DNA of 64,000 nucleotides from a virus, in IMG/VR virus record IMGVR_UViG_3300020048_000070, positions 1 to 64,000 of that record; one strand, 5' to 3'. Below the pieces are notes generated by a model, which saw only the letters and a list, made by a program, of their open reading frames with translations, did no database searches and was not told the origin of the DNA. A program made the position numbers and the translations under genes. Below are positions 52,645 through 62,619 of this stretch, piece after piece; the first letter of the stretch is position 1; every line of letters begins with the position of its first letter.

Positions 52645-53181
52645 TATTGTATTTGACGTATAGCATAAAATAAAGTAAGAACGTACTGACGCAAGGGGCT
52701 ATACTAAATTGTTCAATAGCGGGGCTATACAGCCTTTTAAAAGGAATTTTATGATAAAACCCAAGCTAAAGAAAGTAAAACAATGGAATTGGGTAATGGA
52801 AGATGATGTACCATTAACCTGGAGCAAAGAGGAACTCGCTACTATGCGTTTCAAATGCTCAAGGAAGAACTTTTTGTTTGGCAATTTACCTGAAAGTATG
52901 TACAGAAAAGAAGTTGAACTATATAGGAGTAGAAATGAGTAAAAATAAGAATAAGATTAAGAAAAAGAAAGTACCGCCGAATATGATGTTTAGATTAAAA
53001 GGTGGGGCATCAACAGTAAATGGGGATACTGTTTTATTTTTTTCAAAAGAGCATATTCTTAAAATGGAAGATGCTATAGATAAAGATCTTAAAGAGAACA
53101 TAGGTCTTATGGAATTTTTTGATATGATGAAACAACAGATAGTTGCATCATCCGCACAAATTAAACAAGACACTGATATCC

Positions 53182-54084
53182 ATGCCATTTAAAATAATTG
53201 AATTTTTGAATGACACTGGAATACCGTACTCACTATCCGGAAAGAATATATCTTCAGGCTGGGTAGGTATCAACTGTCCCTACTGTTCTGATAGATCTAA
53301 TCACGGAGGTATACCATTATCAGGTAATATATTCACCTGTTTTAAATGCGGCACTAAAACATCTATAAAAAAGCTTATAGCAGAGTTAGAAAGGTGCTCA
53401 TTTCAACAAGCTGCTGCTACCTACGCTAGGTACTCTGATGCCTTATATCTACCTAACTACATAGAGGTACAAAGGGCTGCAAAAGTAGAATGGCCCCCAC
53501 CATCTGTATCACAAGTTCCTTTAGAGACTCATGTAGAGTATATTGAAGATAGGAATTACGATATACAACACCTAGTAAAAAATTACAATATCCATTTTGG
53601 TGGGTACACTGGTAAATTCAAATACCGTATTATCATACCAGTGTATTTACAAGGTAAGCTTGTATCTTATATAGGTAGGGACATATCAGATCAGTCCTAC
53701 CTAAAGTACATGAATCTTAGAGAAGAAGACAGCGTACTTCCAGTAAAAGAAACAGTATACAATATAGATAATGTTACAGATGAAGCAATAATATGTGAAG
53801 GAGTATTCGACGCATGGAGATTTGGTTTTAATGCTGTAGCTTTATTTGGATTAGTATATACTCAAAAACAGGTAAGGATGCTAGGAAAACTAAAAAAAGC
53901 ATACATCTGTTTTGATAACGAACCACAAGCCCAGCATGCCGCAAATATTCTTGCAGAAGAACTATCTTGGCAAGGTGTTAGTGTAGAGGTACTACTAATT
54001 GGTACAAAAGACCCAGGTGAAATGTCCAGCATAGAAGCTGACTCTATAAAACAAGAACTATTTGGAATTACTAATTTATTTTGA
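53182..54084 (+). CDS. DNA primase (zinc finger + TOPRIM)
   Basis: Motifs CPYC...CFKC, RIIIP, GR, KY.N, ICEGVFDA, FDNE and KDPGE. Confidence 0.88.
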   Translation: MPFKIIEFLNDTGIPYSLSGKNISSGWVGINCPYCSDRSNHGGIPLSGNIFTCFKCGTKTSIKKLIAELERCSFQQAAATYARYSDALYLPNYIEVQRAAKVEWPPPSVSQVPLETHVEYIEDRNYDIQHLVKNYNIHFGGYTGKFKYRIIIPVYLQGKLVSYIGRDISDQSYLKYMNLREEDSVLPVKETVYNIDNVTDEAIICEGVFDAWRFGFNAVALFGLVYTQKQVRMLGKLKKAYICFDNEPQAQHAANILAEELSWQGVSVEVLLIGTKDPGEMSSIEADSIKQELFGITNLF

Positions 54085-54242
54085 AAACTTGTTTTTATAT
54101 TGCGCTGGGGTTTGCAGTATGGTAATGTTCAATTTTAGTACAGCAGCACCATAGCTTTTCTTTTGTTGGCGGCATAATAAACAATAACTTTTAACAAAGG
54201 AGTGTTTATGTAAAATGGTTCCTACAATATGAAATTTAGTAG

Positions 54243-54274
54243 AAGGGTATCCCCGTAAAAGGGGATACCCTTTC
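54243..54274 (+). terminator. Intrinsic terminator
   Basis: 12-bp stem AAGGGTATCCCC/GGGGATACCCTT with a T-rich tail. Confidence 0.75.
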
Positions 54275-54693
54275 TTCGTTTATAGCACAATTAAATAAGG
54301 ATGTAACATGAAAGTAACTAAGGAAGAACTTGTAGAGATTGAAAACAACGTAAGAACAGTAATAAAAGAACAAATAACGGATCTACCAAAAGAAACAATT
54401 ATAGCTCTTTTACTTATAGCTGCTAATAATATAGGTGTTCAAATAGTAGGTAAAGAGCCGCAGTCCGTTGATGAAACAAAAAATATCCTAGACACTGGTA
54501 TTAATTTTTTGTTTCATGCACATGCAGAGGCGTCACAGTATAGGTGCAACACAATTGATGCGGCATTAACTTTCCGTATTGGACATGCATAAAACATAAC
54601 ATGCTGATCTGACGCACTTTTTACTTGACTTCTTTTCCACAAATCAAGTAATAATACTAACACTAAATTTCACAGTAATATTGGAGCTATACT

Positions 54694-55131
54694 ATGCCAA
54701 AAATGAAAAAGCGTCGAATAAAAGCCCCGCCTATCATCCCTATAAACAGGGACCGTTATTTTTCCAGAGATAAATCCTTCATATTAATGTGCAGACTCCT
54801 GCCAGATCAAATTCTAAACACCCAACTTGCTATGCAAATAGGTTTAGAAGAGTCCATTATCATAACGCAATACGTAAAGTTTGCAGAAGATTTTCCAGAA
54901 GGGGATGGATGGTTTAGTCTTGAAAAAGAAGATATACCGTACATATTCCCGTTTATCAAAGCGTCTATCAAAGATAAAGAAAACAGTCTTATAGCAAAAG
55001 GGTTACTTGTACGCTTGGAAACCTCAGATATGTTTACTTATCTAGTACAGTATGATAAGATGACTGACTTGATGTATACAGTCATTGGCGAAAACGGGTT
55101 ACCAGAAAATCTAAAAGAGAGATATATATGA
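54694..55131 (+). CDS. wHTH protein, paralogue of the initiator N-terminal domain
   Basis: IGLEESII...DGWF...KENSLIAKGLL aligns with LGVEETVI...DGYY...KENKLIDLGLI of the next gene. Confidence 0.6.
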   Translation: MPKMKKRRIKAPPIIPINRDRYFSRDKSFILMCRLLPDQILNTQLAMQIGLEESIIITQYVKFAEDFPEGDGWFSLEKEDIPYIFPFIKASIKDKENSLIAKGLLVRLETSDMFTYLVQYDKMTDLMYTVIGENGLPENLKERYI

Positions 55132-56630
55132 AATCAAACAATACTCAGGATGAAAAACAGGAAAAACAGTCTTTACTTAGTAAAATTGCGGCTTCTGGAG
55201 CATATTGGATTATACCCAAGGGAGTTACAAATAATCTTGGGGTAGAAGAAACAGTAATACTAATGGAACATGTATCTTTCGGTTCTGGGTACAAAAAGAA
55301 TGATGGTTACTACTACCGTACAAAGGATGCATTGGTCAAAGTCCTACCGTATGGGGCAACATGTATCCAACAGAAAGAAAATAAGCTAATAGACCTCGGT
55401 TTAATAATTCGTGTACAACGTGGGCAAGATAGGAGAAATTACTACAAAATAAATGAAGAAAATTTAACACTTTTTACAGAAAACCCACATAAGTATATTA
55501 AGAAGATTAAACCTGAGTACTTAAGCAAAAACACTATGCGTAAACGGGGTATTATTGCTGATCCCCATACGTCGCCAAACGCTGCTTCAAGCAACACGCC
55601 GCAACGCCCTAAGAAGAATATAATAAAAGAACCTATTTCTTTACTACGTAAAGAAAGTATAGGGGCAAAAGAGACTGCCCCTATAACGGATAATTCAAAT
55701 ATTGATAGTTCAATGTTTATTCCTAAAAAGAGAATATTGACTGGTTACGTAGATGTTAACCTCTCATTGAATAGTAAAGAATTACCAAAATCTAACAATA
55801 TTGAATCAACCTCACCCATAATGACTAGATCAGGAATGAATAAGTCTTTAAAAGAAAAAACTGAAAAGGTTGTTATAAGTAATCGTAAGGTTCCAAACAC
55901 TGTTATTAATCTTATTGAATATTGGAATACATTACCTGGGGTTAGAGTACATGGTTTAAAATATGAAAAAGATGTGTGTCTTCTTGATATTCAAACTAGA
56001 GCAGTAAAAGATATAAGTATGCATATCAAGCAATTATTGCGTGGAGAACTTTATGCTGCATCGCAGGATATAATTCAGCCTGTTGTTCGTACTATGAAGT
56101 TTACAGTAGAAGATATTAAAAAAGCGATGCTTAGGGCTAGTAAAAGTACTGCATTGGAGTATGGTGGAAAAGCAAAGAAAATAACCTTAGATTTGTTCTT
56201 CTACAATAAATTTGCTTATACGTACCCTGAAAATGGTAGATCAATGTATAAGTATAAGTACCAATTCTTGCATTTTATCAATGGTGACATAGTTCCTATT
56301 CAGCCTAAAATAAAAGGGGATAGTTCTGACCCAAATAAACCAAACAATGGATTAGCTTCTTTGGTTATACGGAAATTTAAAAGCGAGGGTGTATTAGTAG
56401 CTGATAGGGATAGAAATGAAATAGTAAAAGCTGTTGATGTTGCTTTGAAAGTATTGTTAAAAAACAAGTTTGCATGGAAGCAGCCAGAGACTTCTATTAT
56501 GGCTGATTTTCCCTATGCGTTTTATTCTTGCCATAGGGATAATTCAAAGAATCCTAATAGTGTTGGGGATGTGTGGTATGTAGCCACGTATAAGTTTGAA
56601 CAGCATCTTAAAGACAAAAGGTACATATAA
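55128..56630 (+). CDS. Putative replication initiator (N-terminal wHTH, low-complexity linker)
   Basis: Phage initiator-like N-terminus (...R.QRG..RRNYYKINEE); inverted repeats in the linker DNA; immediately upstream of the DnaB-like gene. Confidence 0.6.
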   Translation: MKSNNTQDEKQEKQSLLSKIAASGAYWIIPKGVTNNLGVEETVILMEHVSFGSGYKKNDGYYYRTKDALVKVLPYGATCIQQKENKLIDLGLIIRVQRGQDRRNYYKINEENLTLFTENPHKYIKKIKPEYLSKNTMRKRGIIADPHTSPNAASSNTPQRPKKNIIKEPISLLRKESIGAKETAPITDNSNIDSSMFIPKKRILTGYVDVNLSLNSKELPKSNNIESTSPIMTRSGMNKSLKEKTEKVVISNRKVPNTVINLIEYWNTLPGVRVHGLKYEKDVCLLDIQTRAVKDISMHIKQLLRGELYAASQDIIQPVVRTMKFTVEDIKKAMLRASKSTALEYGGKAKKITLDLFFYNKFAYTYPENGRSMYKYKYQFLHFINGDIVPIQPKIKGDSSDPNKPNNGLASLVIRKFKSEGVLVADRDRNEIVKAVDVALKVLLKNKFAWKQPETSIMADFPYAFYSCHRDNSKNPNSVGDVWYVATYKFEQHLKDKRYI

Positions 56631-58153
56631 TGGCAGTACAGAGAACACGGGTAGAATTTGATGAAGAGAAGTTGATAGTAACAAATTTAATATTAAGTAC
56701 AGACCTCTGCAAAGAAGTTCTTGAAGCTACAGACCCATCGTTCTTTAACTCTAAAGGTGTAAAAGTCATACTACAGTGGGTAAAAACTCATTATGACAAG
56801 TATGGGGAAGCTCTTAGAGAAAGAGTTAATGAGTATTTTGAGATTAATTCAGCCCCACTAGATCAAGCAGTAAAGGATCAGATACAAAGTATTCTTGGAC
56901 ATTTATCTGAAGTATATGGTACTGAAGTCCATAATGTTCAATACTTGAAAGATAGGGCATTTGCTTTATATAAGAAGAAATTCTATAAAGCTCAGATGGC
57001 AGTAGCTAATGCCTGTATAGAAAAAGAAGATTTAACTGGGGCTGAAAGTGCCTTAGCAGAACGATTTAAGTATGCTGAAGTAATATCTACCGCTAAGAGA
57101 CTTGATGATCATGACCTTATAAGTTCCAGTATACAATACCTTTTTCAACAAGATGATAGTGACCCGTTTTTTAGATTTGAAGGTAGATTGGGGGAATTTG
57201 TAGGAACAATAGAACGGGGATGGTTAGTATCTTTTATTGCCCCTCCTAAAACTGGTAAAACAGTACTAATGCTAGAGACCCTAGTAACTGCCATTATGCA
57301 AAGAAAGAACGTTGTATTCTTCTCATTTGAGATGCCATTAAAGCAGTTGCTGTCAAGGTTACTGAAACGCATAACGGGCATGTGTATGCCTAGTGGTGGA
57401 GTATCTTATGTTCCTATATTCGATTGTTCTTACAACCAGCATGGGACATGTACAAAGGTAGAAAGATTGGGTTTTGGTGATAATGTAGATCATACTTCTG
57501 ACCCTCCATCAATAAGGGCATATACACCGGATTCTTCATGGAAAGAATGTGATGTTTGTAGGGGGACTAAAGATTTTGATCCGGCAGCATGGAAAGTAGC
57601 AGTTGCTAAAGATGCAGTATCAGAATCTCAATTCAGAAAAAATGTAAATGCTTTTATGAATTTATATGCTAAATTTTGTAGAGTAGTATTTTACCCTTCG
57701 CAAACATGCACAGTTGGTATGATGAATTCTGAACTTGACATACTAATATCTAGGGAAAATTTCTTTTCCGATATAATAATAGCAGATTATGCTGATTTAA
57801 TAAAACCTAAAAATGGTATAGGTCAAAAAAGGCTAGAGCTAGACAACATATGGGAGGGTTTACGTTCTATGGGGCAATCAAGACAGAACGCTATAATAAC
57901 TGCCTCTCAGACTAATCAAAAAGGTTTAGACTCTAAATACATAAGGCAATCTGATATAGCGGAAGATTTTTCAAAATTAGCTAAATTAGATGTTGGTATT
58001 GGGTTGGCTCAAACTGAAGATATGAAATCCTGTGGCGTACTCCACGCTAACATAGTGGCCTCTAGACATTATGAGTATATGCTATCTCATACCTGCGCTA
58101 TTCTTCAAGATTTAAGTGCTATGCAAGGGCACCTTGACTCTGAGTACAAATAA
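56630..58153 (+). CDS. DnaB-like replicative helicase
   Basis: Walker A APPKTGKT, FSFEM, ADYADL, TASQTN and IAEDFSK. Confidence 0.88.
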   Translation: MAVQRTRVEFDEEKLIVTNLILSTDLCKEVLEATDPSFFNSKGVKVILQWVKTHYDKYGEALRERVNEYFEINSAPLDQAVKDQIQSILGHLSEVYGTEVHNVQYLKDRAFALYKKKFYKAQMAVANACIEKEDLTGAESALAERFKYAEVISTAKRLDDHDLISSSIQYLFQQDDSDPFFRFEGRLGEFVGTIERGWLVSFIAPPKTGKTVLMLETLVTAIMQRKNVVFFSFEMPLKQLLSRLLKRITGMCMPSGGVSYVPIFDCSYNQHGTCTKVERLGFGDNVDHTSDPPSIRAYTPDSSWKECDVCRGTKDFDPAAWKVAVAKDAVSESQFRKNVNAFMNLYAKFCRVVFYPSQTCTVGMMNSELDILISRENFFSDIIIADYADLIKPKNGIGQKRLELDNIWEGLRSMGQSRQNAIITASQTNQKGLDSKYIRQSDIAEDFSKLAKLDVGIGLAQTEDMKSCGVLHANIVASRHYEYMLSHTCAILQDLSAMQGHLDSEYK

Positions 58154-58337
58154 TTTTAAAATCTTCAATGGATAGAGTATGTTACAGAACATACTTATAA
58201 ACAGCTAATTATTTTAGCATATGTGTTTTATTTTATTGACGTATATAACGGCGTATGTTATATATGTATAAAATTAATTGGGCATAGTGCCCGTATATGT
58301 AAAAAAGCTCGAAAGAGCAGAAAAGGAGATTTACACA

Positions 58338-59165
58338 ATGAAGACTATTAAGGAACTTGGTATTGCACATAAAGATCTCAAAGCGGTTTGTAAGTCGTTT
58401 AACGATGCTAATCTAGTTAAAGAAAAGATTAAACTTGTTGGTCTTGCTGGGGAGGCCATGTTGGTATTGCTTGTTAAACTCATTGATACAGTTCCTGATG
58501 GGGATATGCATAAAATTCCTGGCGATGTATCTGCATTTTACGATGCAATTCCCGAGGAAGTTTTTAACACCAACGTATCCAAAGATGTACTTAAAGCTGT
58601 TGCAAATGATGACTTACCTGCCGCTGATAAAGTAAAAGTTGAAGAGGAAGATATAGTAGAAGAGACTGATGGTATTCCTGGGCATACCACCGATTGCCCC
58701 ATCTACGGCACCGGATGGAATCCCAAAGAGACTATTTGTGTTGAATGTAATAAGACCTTCCATCCTGATTACGTTTCGTGCAAGCGCATTGTCAAAGGTA
58801 TTACCAGCGCAAAATCTAAGAAAAAACCAGAGCATAAAAAACAAACTAGCACTACTCCACGTAAAGCTAGTAATACGACCACGACTCGCTATGGACACCG
58901 CCCGAATACTATGGCTGGACAGATCGATGATTTAGTGTGGGCTGGTACTACTATGGACAACCTCGTTGCTAGTCTTATGCAATGGCATGGTAGGGATGTA
59001 GCTTCCGCTAAAGGCAAAGCTAAAGGGCATGTACTACATCTCATTAATAGGGGTATTACTATTACCACGGATACTACCTCTGGAATTATTAAAGCTGTTC
59101 AGGAGTTTATTCCTACTAAAACAGCTGAGAACACTGTTGCTGCCGAACCTTCCGTAGAGCAATAA
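58338..59165 (+). CDS. Hypothetical protein with a Cys4 motif and a basic C-terminal region
   Basis: CPIYG...C..C...C; strong RBS at the 58338 start; own promoter near 58237. Confidence 0.6.
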   Translation: MKTIKELGIAHKDLKAVCKSFNDANLVKEKIKLVGLAGEAMLVLLVKLIDTVPDGDMHKIPGDVSAFYDAIPEEVFNTNVSKDVLKAVANDDLPAADKVKVEEEDIVEETDGIPGHTTDCPIYGTGWNPKETICVECNKTFHPDYVSCKRIVKGITSAKSKKKPEHKKQTSTTPRKASNTTTTRYGHRPNTMAGQIDDLVWAGTTMDNLVASLMQWHGRDVASAKGKAKGHVLHLINRGITITTDTTSGIIKAVQEFIPTKTAENTVAAEPSVEQ

Positions 59166-59172
59166 TCATTCC

Positions 59173-59278
59173 TGGGGTGAGTAGCATTTATGCTATGCAG
59201 CTTGTTGTATCACTTAGCGGGCGGAGCACAAGAGAATGAATCCGTCAGTGTACAGGTACCCAATCCTGTCTCACCCCA
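59173..59278 (+). ncRNA. Candidate ~105-nt tRNA-like structured RNA
   Basis: Closing stem TGGGGTGAG/CTCACCCCA, adjacent hairpin ACAGG-TACCCAAT-CCTGT, and a 5' hairpin TAGCAT/ATGCTA. Confidence 0.4.
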
Positions 59279-59302
59279 ATTTCAAATAAAATAGAGGATA
59301 AA

Positions 59303-60025
59303 ATGACAAATTTAACAGATTTATCTGTTTTACTTGAGAACGTATGGCTTGGTAGCACGATTAACGAATGTGTGTTAATAGTTGCAGATGGTATGGCTAC
59401 TGTTAAAGCTATGGATATGACAAGTTCAGTGTACGTAGAGACTTCTGCCAAAACTACACTGGAAGATGATACACTGGCTTTTGGCAATATAGGACTGCTG
59501 ATTAAATATCTGAAAGCCAATGGAGGCATTGATGCTGAAATTGTTCGCTCAGATAATAGACTTACTATAAAACCAAAAGGTGGAGCTACATTAAAATTCT
59601 TGCTATCTGAACCAGACCTTATTCCTACGTATGATGCCTCCTGGGAAGAGGGTGGTAATAGAATTGCTGAATTACTGGCCGGGTACAAATCAGAATTAAT
59701 TTTAACAAAAGAGAGTGTTACTGAATTCTCTAGCTTAATGCGTATGTTTGGTACTAAGAGTGCTGTACTACGTGTTTCTAAAAAAGGCGTAGTTACCATC
59801 ACTGGTGGTAATGAAACAGAGCATCAATTTACTGCTACAATAGGTAAAGCAGAGTTTGAAGTTTGCGATATTAGTCTCATAGTAAAAAATCTTCTGGCAG
59901 TTCTGGATGTATTAGACTATACTGAAAATCCTGTACTAAGAGTTTCTCCAGGAAAAGCTATAGTTATTTCTTGTAATGAGTCTACATGGGTACTGAGTCC
60001 AGATGACGCAACTCCAGAAGAATAA
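59303..60025 (+). CDS. Putative sliding clamp (T4 gp45/PCNA-like)
   Basis: 240 aa, with a PCNA-like VKAMD..SSVYV motif and alpha/beta pattern; lies near the clamp loader. Confidence 0.6.
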   Translation: MTNLTDLSVLLENVWLGSTINECVLIVADGMATVKAMDMTSSVYVETSAKTTLEDDTLAFGNIGLLIKYLKANGGIDAEIVRSDNRLTIKPKGGATLKFLLSEPDLIPTYDASWEEGGNRIAELLAGYKSELILTKESVTEFSSLMRMFGTKSAVLRVSKKGVVTITGGNETEHQFTATIGKAEFEVCDISLIVKNLLAVLDVLDYTENPVLRVSPGKAIVISCNESTWVLSPDDATPEE

Positions 60026-60264
60026 TACCATGAAGAAGAAGATTACTTGTAATAGCTGCCCATACAAACAAGAGCTAATTGTAGCAACTTTAATGCTGGA
60101 ACGCCCAACAGTTGAAGTAGAGGCCCAAGTATTTCAGAGTGCTTGCATTAACTTGCTACAGTCTTTTGGATTTCATGTTAGAGATAAGTATGACGCTCTT
60201 CAGTGTATAAAGGACTTATGTAATTCCGTAAATGGGATTGAAACTTTTCAGGCGGAGGGTTCTA

Positions 60265-61200
60265 GTGAATCTAACTAACTTAATATGGTTTGAGAAATAT
60301 AGACCTAAAGATATTGCAAGTATGTCGTTACCGCCAGCTTATAAAGTGGCATTTGACTCATATATTCAAAGTAAGTCTATACCCCATTTACTGTTGGAGG
60401 GTAGTCCAGGTTCAGGCAAGACTACCACAGCACAAATTTTGTTAGATTCTATACCATGTACAAGGTTGTCTTTAAATGCTTCTGGTATTGATCGTGGTAT
60501 AGACACAGTAAAGACTAAGATAACTCTGTTCGCAAGCAGTCAATCAATGGAGGGTAGACTTAAGATAGTATTCTTGGACGAGTTTGATCAGATGACCAAA
60601 GATGCCCAGAATGCTTTAAAAAATACTATGGAGACATACAGTAAGAACTGTAGATTTATTCTTACGTGTAACGATATTGGGAAAGTAGTTGATCCAATTA
60701 TTTCCAGATGTACCAAGTACACGTTCGATCAGTTTCCTAAGAAGAAGATGTTAAGATTGTTAACTTCCATTTTAGTAAAAGAAGGTATAAAGGAAACACC
60801 AGATAAAGATTTAACTGAGTTAATTGATAGGTTCTTCCCTGATGTGCGGTCAATTATAAATAATATGCAAGCGGCCTGTGTATCTGGAATGTTTAATGTT
60901 AAAGCTATAGGGTCGTTACAAATTGATCCTAATATAGTTGGGGCACATATTCTTGATGGTAAACTTCAGTCTCTCAGACAATACGTTGTAGGTACAACAG
61001 ATTTCACTTTCTTGTACAAATGGCTGTTTAACGTGTTTTTATATTCAAAAGTTAAAGAGGAGCATAAAGCGGATATTGCTCTGCATGTTATAAACTATTC
61101 CGCAATGGATCATCAAGTACCTGATAGGGAAATGCAATTTGTTGGGTGCGCTCTTAACATTATGCTTACTATTGGGGTAACCCCTAAATTTGGAGAATAA
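60265..61200 (+). CDS. Clamp loader AAA+ subunit (RFC small / T4 gp44-like)
   Basis: Motifs WFEKYRP, PHLLLEGSPGSGKTT, LNAS..RGID, LDEFD, RFILTCN and ISRC. Confidence 0.92.
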   Translation: MNLTNLIWFEKYRPKDIASMSLPPAYKVAFDSYIQSKSIPHLLLEGSPGSGKTTTAQILLDSIPCTRLSLNASGIDRGIDTVKTKITLFASSQSMEGRLKIVFLDEFDQMTKDAQNALKNTMETYSKNCRFILTCNDIGKVVDPIISRCTKYTFDQFPKKKMLRLLTSILVKEGIKETPDKDLTELIDRFFPDVRSIINNMQAACVSGMFNVKAIGSLQIDPNIVGAHILDGKLQSLRQYVVGTTDFTFLYKWLFNVFLYSKVKEEHKADIALHVINYSAMDHQVPDREMQFVGCALNIMLTIGVTPKFGE

Positions 61201-61592
61201 ACATGACAACTAGACCAGTATGGGATGGACAAAAAGCTTTGTCAGAGGGAAAAGCTAAAACAAGGGATGGCAGATCAGTAATTGATTTGAAACAGTACAC
61301 TATAGATAATAAGGTTGTTTTAATTGGTACTTTAATAAAAGATTATCCTCCGTATTCAGAATCTAAATTTCTGGATACAATTAGATGTGTATGGGAAGGT
61401 GGGGGATTATCTTCTTGTGGTAATGACGACTTGGTTAACTGTTAATATGAAATTTATACTGTTGTCTTTATGGGGTGGGTTAACATGCTGTTTGCTTGGA
61501 CATAAGTACGGGGAACCAGAGTTTATTCCGTATAGTGGTACGTATGCAAAAATATGTAAAAGATGTTATCATACGGAATTAGTAGAATAGTT

Positions 61593-61681
61593 GGTGGATT
61601 ACAATAGTTGGTAATTGGCCGGTTTGCTAAACCGAGACGTAGGTAAAACTACCACAGGTTCGAATCCTGTATCCACCGCCA
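61593..61681 (+). tRNA. tRNA-Ser(GCT)
   Basis: Acceptor GGTGGAT/ATCCACC, loop TTGCTAA, long variable arm, G73-CCA. Confidence 0.88.
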
Positions 61682-61682
61682 G

Positions 61683-61768
61683 GGAAGGTACCGCTGAATG
61701 GTCGGCAATCTGGCTTGAACCCAGAGGCGTGGTCAAACACGGGCGTTCGATTCGTCTACCTTCCTCCA
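61683..61768 (+). tRNA. tRNA-Ser(TGA), likely 8/4 fold with U73
   Basis: 8-bp acceptor GGAAGGTA/TACCTTCC, 4-bp T stem GGCG/CGTC, anticodon arm TCTGG-CTTGAAC-CCAGA, T-CCA end. Confidence 0.75.
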
Positions 61769-61778
61769 AATTGTAAAA

Positions 61779-61854
61779 GGCTCCGTCGTCGAGCGGTTTC
61801 AGACATCGGTCTTTCTAACCGAGTACGCGGGTTCGAATCCCGCCGGAGTCGCCA
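61779..61854 (+). tRNA. tRNA-Glu(TTC) with U37
   Basis: Acceptor GGCTCCG/CGGAGTC, anticodon arm TCGGT-CTTTCTA-ACCGA, T arm GCGGG-TTCGAAT-CCCGC, GCCA end. Confidence 0.8.
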
Positions 61855-61855
61855 A

Positions 61856-61943
61856 GTCAAGGTTCATAAGGTAGGACGGTCCTACGGAAGACTGTAAATC
61901 TTCTCCCTCCGGGCGTGTAGTTCGACTCTACACCTTGGCACCA
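61856..61943 (+). tRNA. tRNA-Tyr(GTA) with an aberrant D region
   Basis: Acceptor GTCAAGG/CCTTGGC, anticodon arm GAAGA-CTGTAAA-TCTTC, T arm TGTAG-TTCGACT-CTACA, ACCA end. Confidence 0.75.
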
Positions 61944-61965
61944 CTAAAATTAAAAGGAGAATAGA

Positions 61966-62619
61966 ATGAATAATGAATTGACTGACATTACTATGATTTT
62001 AGATAAATCTGGGAGTATGCATAGCATTCGTAATGATACTATTGGGGGAGTAAATACTTTCATAAATAAACAAAAAGAAACTCCAGGAAAAGCTACACTA
62101 TCCATGGTGCAATTTGCATCTAGGCGTGAGGTTCTTTACTCATGTAAAGATATTAAGGATGTAGATAATTTAACTATTAATACATTTATACCGCATGGGA
62201 ATACGGCTCTGCTTGATACTATAGGTACTACTATCAAAGAAACTGGGGTGCGGCTTTCTGCAATGAAAGAAGAAGATCGTCCAGGTAAAGTTCTTTTTGT
62301 TATTATTACTGATGGTGAAGAGAACTATAGTAAAGAGTTTACTAAAGAACAAATTGCAGAAATGATAAAATTGCAAGAAACTACATATAATTGGGATTTT
62401 ATTTACCTAGGAGCTAACCAAGATGCTATTACTGTAGCTAGTACTATGGGTATGAGTGCTGGCAACTCTTTCTCATTTGCTGCTAACGCTAAAGGTACCA
62501 AAGATATGTTCAGCGCAGTTTCAGATAATACAGTAAAATACAGAGGCGGTGGTTTAGTGAAAGGTCATTACTTCTCTGATGAGGATAGGGCTAAACAGAA
62601 TTTGAATACCCCCCTATAA
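61966..62619 (+). CDS. vWA-domain protein
   Basis: Motifs ILDKSGSM, G.TALLD.IG, ITDGEEN.S and W.FIYLGANQDA. Confidence 0.88.
   Translation: MNNELTDITMILDKSGSMHSIRNDTIGGVNTFINKQKETPGKATLSMVQFASRREVLYSCKDIKDVDNLTINTFIPHGNTALLDTIGTTIKETGVRLSAMKEEDRPGKVLFVIITDGEENYSKEFTKEQIAEMIKLQETTYNWDFIYLGANQDAITVASTMGMSAGNSFSFAANAKGTKDMFSAVSDNTVKYRGGGLVKGHYFSDEDRAKQNLNTPL

Noticed and set aside
56630-58153. Intein in the helicase
   Set aside because: The insert is short and lacks the N-terminal Cys block and the terminal His-Asn splice motif.
61683-61768. Selenocysteine or opal-suppressor tRNA
   Set aside because: The anticodon is TGA (reads Ser UCA), not TCA, and I saw no sign of stop-codon reassignment in the ORFs.
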